Below, piece after piece: positions 60,430-64,000 of a DNA stretch of 64,000 nt. Below the pieces are notes generated by a model. The model did no database searches. It had not been told where the DNA came from and saw nothing but the letters and a program-made list of their open reading frames with translations. The stretch covers positions 82,400,001 through 82,464,000 of the forward strand of contig NW_024704743.1 in assembly GCF_018977255.1 (NCBI RefSeq), given 5' to 3'. The translations under genes were made by a program, and so were the position numbers. Position 1 is the first letter of the stretch; the number at the start of each line of letters is the position of its first letter. This DNA is from Callorhinchus milii (Eukaryota).

Positions 60430-62952
60430 TCACAGAATGAATGTTTATTTTGAAACATACAATCATCTTAGTCAACGGAAAAGGATTTCTTAAATCTACA
60501 AAGCATTAAAACTTCAAGACAGAATTACACTAGAGAACCAAACAGATGGCATATTTATCTGCAGCAGTACAACAGATACAATAATTCAGAAATAAGCCTA
60601 CATAAAATCTTTGTTGACCCCATCAACAGCACTTTAAAGGTTAATGTATTGGAAAGCTCCTAAAATGGCACTATTGCTGGCTGATGTGACATCACGTTGG
60701 ATGTTCACATTGAATTTTAGATCTCACGGTTTTGTTTATAAAAATCCATTCACAGGACCCTACAGACAGGTGCTTTGACAAAAGAAACAGCAGTGCAAAC
60801 CTAAATATAGGTTAAAAAGATCATGGAGGCATTTTTAATTTAAGCTTTTTGAAGGTTAAGCCAGTGATTTATTATGGACACTGCCTGCTTCCTGTTCCTC
60901 TCACCCCCCACCACAACTCACTACCGATTCATCTTCACTGCACTCTATTCAAATCGAATCCCATTCACGACCTCCAGAAGAGCAGTGATGGAGATCAGTA
61001 ACTAATTGCATCCCATGCCTCTGTGTTACTCAGTAAAGTCCGAATTGGACCTCATGTTTCCTGAAAAAAACACAGGCCATCAAAATATGTATATTAAGGC
61101 TTCAACTATTTTCTCTATTGTATTTTCTGTCACGATTATCACTTGGGGTGTAGGGATTTTATATTTTCAGCTCCATATAATAAAAAATGCTTGGTCCCAT
61201 TAAAATGATGGTTTGTGACTTGAATGACAACTAACATTTTTTTTAAAAAAATACCAATCTTTAACCTTTCGGTAGCTATCACTCTGCCCAAACCAAAGGT
61301 TACATTGACTCAAGGCAAAATCAGCATGGATATGTCTACAAGCAGGCTACCATTTTCCAAGAAATGTTTGGAAAGCTGAGAAACATCCATTTTCTGCTAG
61401 TGTTATAATGAAATTAAAAAACATGGTTCATGGCTAAAGTTAGAAATTAAGATACCATTCAGAGATCAGTTTTTCATTTGAAAGCAAGGCTGAGACGATT
61501 GATTGTATTAAATATTTAAGTTTAGACAAGGCATGATTTTCAGGATTCCCACTGAATATTAAGACATTGAAGGAAAAAAAAATTCAAATCTGCTTTTGTG
61601 AATTAGCAGAGCAGGTACTCAATTATAGTATTTTGGTGCGTGGAATGCCAAAAATAATAGATAACTAGTAGAGCTTTAGTTAGTAATGATCAATCTTTGA
61701 AGAGTTTATGCAAATAGTTTTTACTTACATTATACAAATGCATACTTCACCAGCTGTTACTCTAAATGTGATTCAAAATTGTAAAGAGATCAATGTTTTC
61801 TATAAAACCCAATAATTGCAGAATTGTCTTAAACCAGGTACATGTAAACTGTCTTACATTTCCAACAGAGCTTTATAAATGTCATCTTTACTCTCAAAAG
61901 GCATAAAAATCAAAATTCCTGAACTGAAAGGAGAGCAAATGGTAATGATTTTCAATAAGTAAACCAACCTCAATGCAAATAATTATGACTGAACCGCTAA
62001 TTACAAAAAATAAGGTATTATCAATCAACATGGAGGTTACATCTCTCAGTACCCTAAACTCAAAAGTATAATAAATAGTGTGAAAAATTAGAACTGGATA
62101 TCAATTTATTCAAACCACAGCTTGCAACCCTTTTATTCAGAATGCTTACAATACTTAAATACTATATAAATGCAGTACTGTATACATAGAAGCAGCACTT
62201 TTCTAATTTCAGCATATGAAATGACTTGCAGAACATATTGAAAAGTACTAGCACTTGGAAATATGGCTTTAGAAGTATTTGGGAAAAATATGATTCTGAC
62301 TGACATTATTGCCAAACGCACTAACCTCTACAATATACTGCTAGTATGTCATATATATTATATATATAATATATATTATATATCTAAGAGTAATTCAGGG
62401 CAATGCGTAAAAGCATAAAGTTGAACAGACAAAATTTCAGAAGCATAGACAAAAAGCATCATGCATAATTAAATCACAAACAATAAATCAGTTTACATTT
62501 CTTTACTGATGAATGTTTAGTTTAAACTAATGCTGAATGTTGCTTAATTGCTCAAAGCTTGTTGTAGCTGTTGATAATCACACTGAGCCAAACTATTTGC
62601 ATAATGTAACGATTATGTGAAGATAGACAAAAAAACTAGTCACTAAAACCTAAAAAAATTAAAGAGAACGTACTCAAAGACAGATCTCCAAAATCAAACC
62701 TCAGAGTAGAAATGTATTAAAATCCCAAACTATACAATGTAGTTTCAAAACAATCACTTATGTACAATGATCCTTCCAACTGTAGTATTAAAACTTTGGC
62801 ACTATTGAAATTAAAAAAAAGCCTCTCATACTGAGCACATAGATATTTCTTTCTGGGAAGTAATCTTGCAGCTCACTGAGGATATCCATAGCCGATTCTC
62901 GGTTTTGAATTCTTTGACCCATTTGTCCTCTATGGAGATAAATTTCCAGCTT
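60430..62952 (-). other. Probable terminal exon / 3' UTR of an upstream minus-strand gene (ZHX1 expected from synteny)
   Basis: Minus-strand acceptor ttttaNtttttccAG ending at 62953. About 2.5 kb AT-rich, with no repeats I recognise. Minus-strand AATAAA at 62132-62137, 62105-62110 and 60444-60449. Identity rests only on the human order FAM83A(+), C8orf76(-), ZHX1(-). Confidence 0.45.
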
Positions 62953-63064
62953 CTGGAAAAANTAAAATAACAGGTAAAATGACCTTTGGTCATTGTTTAT
63001 TATACAAAGCATTAGTACCGTTGGAGGAAAAATAACTGCCTGGTGTCTACAAACATAGCATTTG

Positions 63065-63455
63065 GTTTTATGTGAGGAGAACGTCTCAAAGCACTTCACA
63101 GGATTCACTGTAAAGCCTAGCAAATGTGTATTTGTAGGCAAAGCTGCAACCAACCTGCACATGGTACAAAAAGCCATGAATAGAATGATCAATTTTATTT
63201 GAGGGATTGTTGGTCAGGTCACAAAGAGAAACTTCCTTCTCTCTTCGAATAGTGCTATGGGATCTTTAATATCCTCCTGAACAGGCAGAAGGGTCCTTGG
63301 TTTAACGTCTTATCGAAAGGATGGTATCTCCAATAATGCAATGCTCCTCCAACACTCAACCTGGACTACAAGCTCAAAGTTTCTATTTGGGGCTTGAACC
63401 GACAGCCTTCTGACTCAGAGACAAAAGCGCTGCCAACCAAGCCAAGCTGACACCT
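63065..63455 (-). mobile_element. Older Deu-domain SINE, near full length
   Basis: GAATAGTGCTATGGGATCTTTAAT...CCTGAACAGGCAGA...GGTTTAACGTCT...CTTCTGACTCAGAG (reverse complement of core and head). Confidence 0.75.
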
Positions 63456-64000
63456 TTAATAGAATGTATATTAAAATATTATTTGTGGATACAAATACAT
63501 AATATAAAATTAGGAAGAACAGCTGATGGTTCCAGACTGTACCATTAGCAAATTCTACGGTAACATTTAATTGTACAGGTGTAAAAACCTCCAACTGATG
63601 TTTTAAGTATCCCACACTTGTGAGACTGAATTCAAGATTTCAAAAAGTCTCCCTCTCAGATTGCACCCCCCCCACCACTCTATTGCTCTCTTGCTTCTCC
63701 ACCTATCCCATCCCAGGTACCTGTTACTTACCTGCCTGGCTATTGATATAATTGGTATCAGAATTCAGCACTGCTCGTTCTCATTCTCACTCTCTCTCTT
63801 TCTAGTAAGAACAAGCAAATGAGTCATATTAGGAGGCCAGGGCAGTGTTAACATAAGGGTTATACATTAAGAGCATGCTTTCACTGCTATGTGAAGCCCA
63901 AATGATGTTTAGCATTTTTAACATTTCTAATTCACAGGATAGCACAAATCTATGTTACTCTATGCACCAGAATGGGAGTTAGGTAACGTAAGGATATTTA

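Noticed and set aside
62788..63192. 134-aa minus-strand ORF
   Set aside because: It starts in an old SINE and runs through a polypyrimidine tract containing an ambiguous N at 62962. No recognisable homology.

Overview
Vertebrate genomic DNA. The repeat content (CR1 and L2 LINEs, Deu-domain SINEs, a palindromic hammerhead-like repeat) suggests a cartilaginous fish; this is an inference. Two complete spliced genes face each other. FAM83A (+) has 4 coding exons over 7221-23154, giving 1491 nt and 496 aa. A C8orf76 orthologue (-) has 6 coding exons over 55421-40338, giving 1245 nt and 414 aa. All introns are GT-AG and the phases are consistent. A TE-poor, AT-rich block at about 60.4-62.95 kb looks like the terminal exon/3' UTR of another minus-strand gene, which human synteny suggests is ZHX1. 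Most of the rest is nested L2/CR1 fragments and tRNA-derived SINEs. Main points of interest: (1) this FAM83A keeps an intact HxKxxxxD phospholipase-D motif; (2) C8orf76 exon 1 sits between a 1.3-kb GC-box minisatellite and a 1-kb array of GTGAGT donor-like motifs, with an in-frame alternative donor; (3) a palindromic insert carries two decayed minimal hammerhead ribozymes; (4) a modular SINE shares a covarying 3' stem-loop with the local L2. Gene and repeat names come from my recognition of the sequence, not from database searches, and repeat boundaries are approximate.
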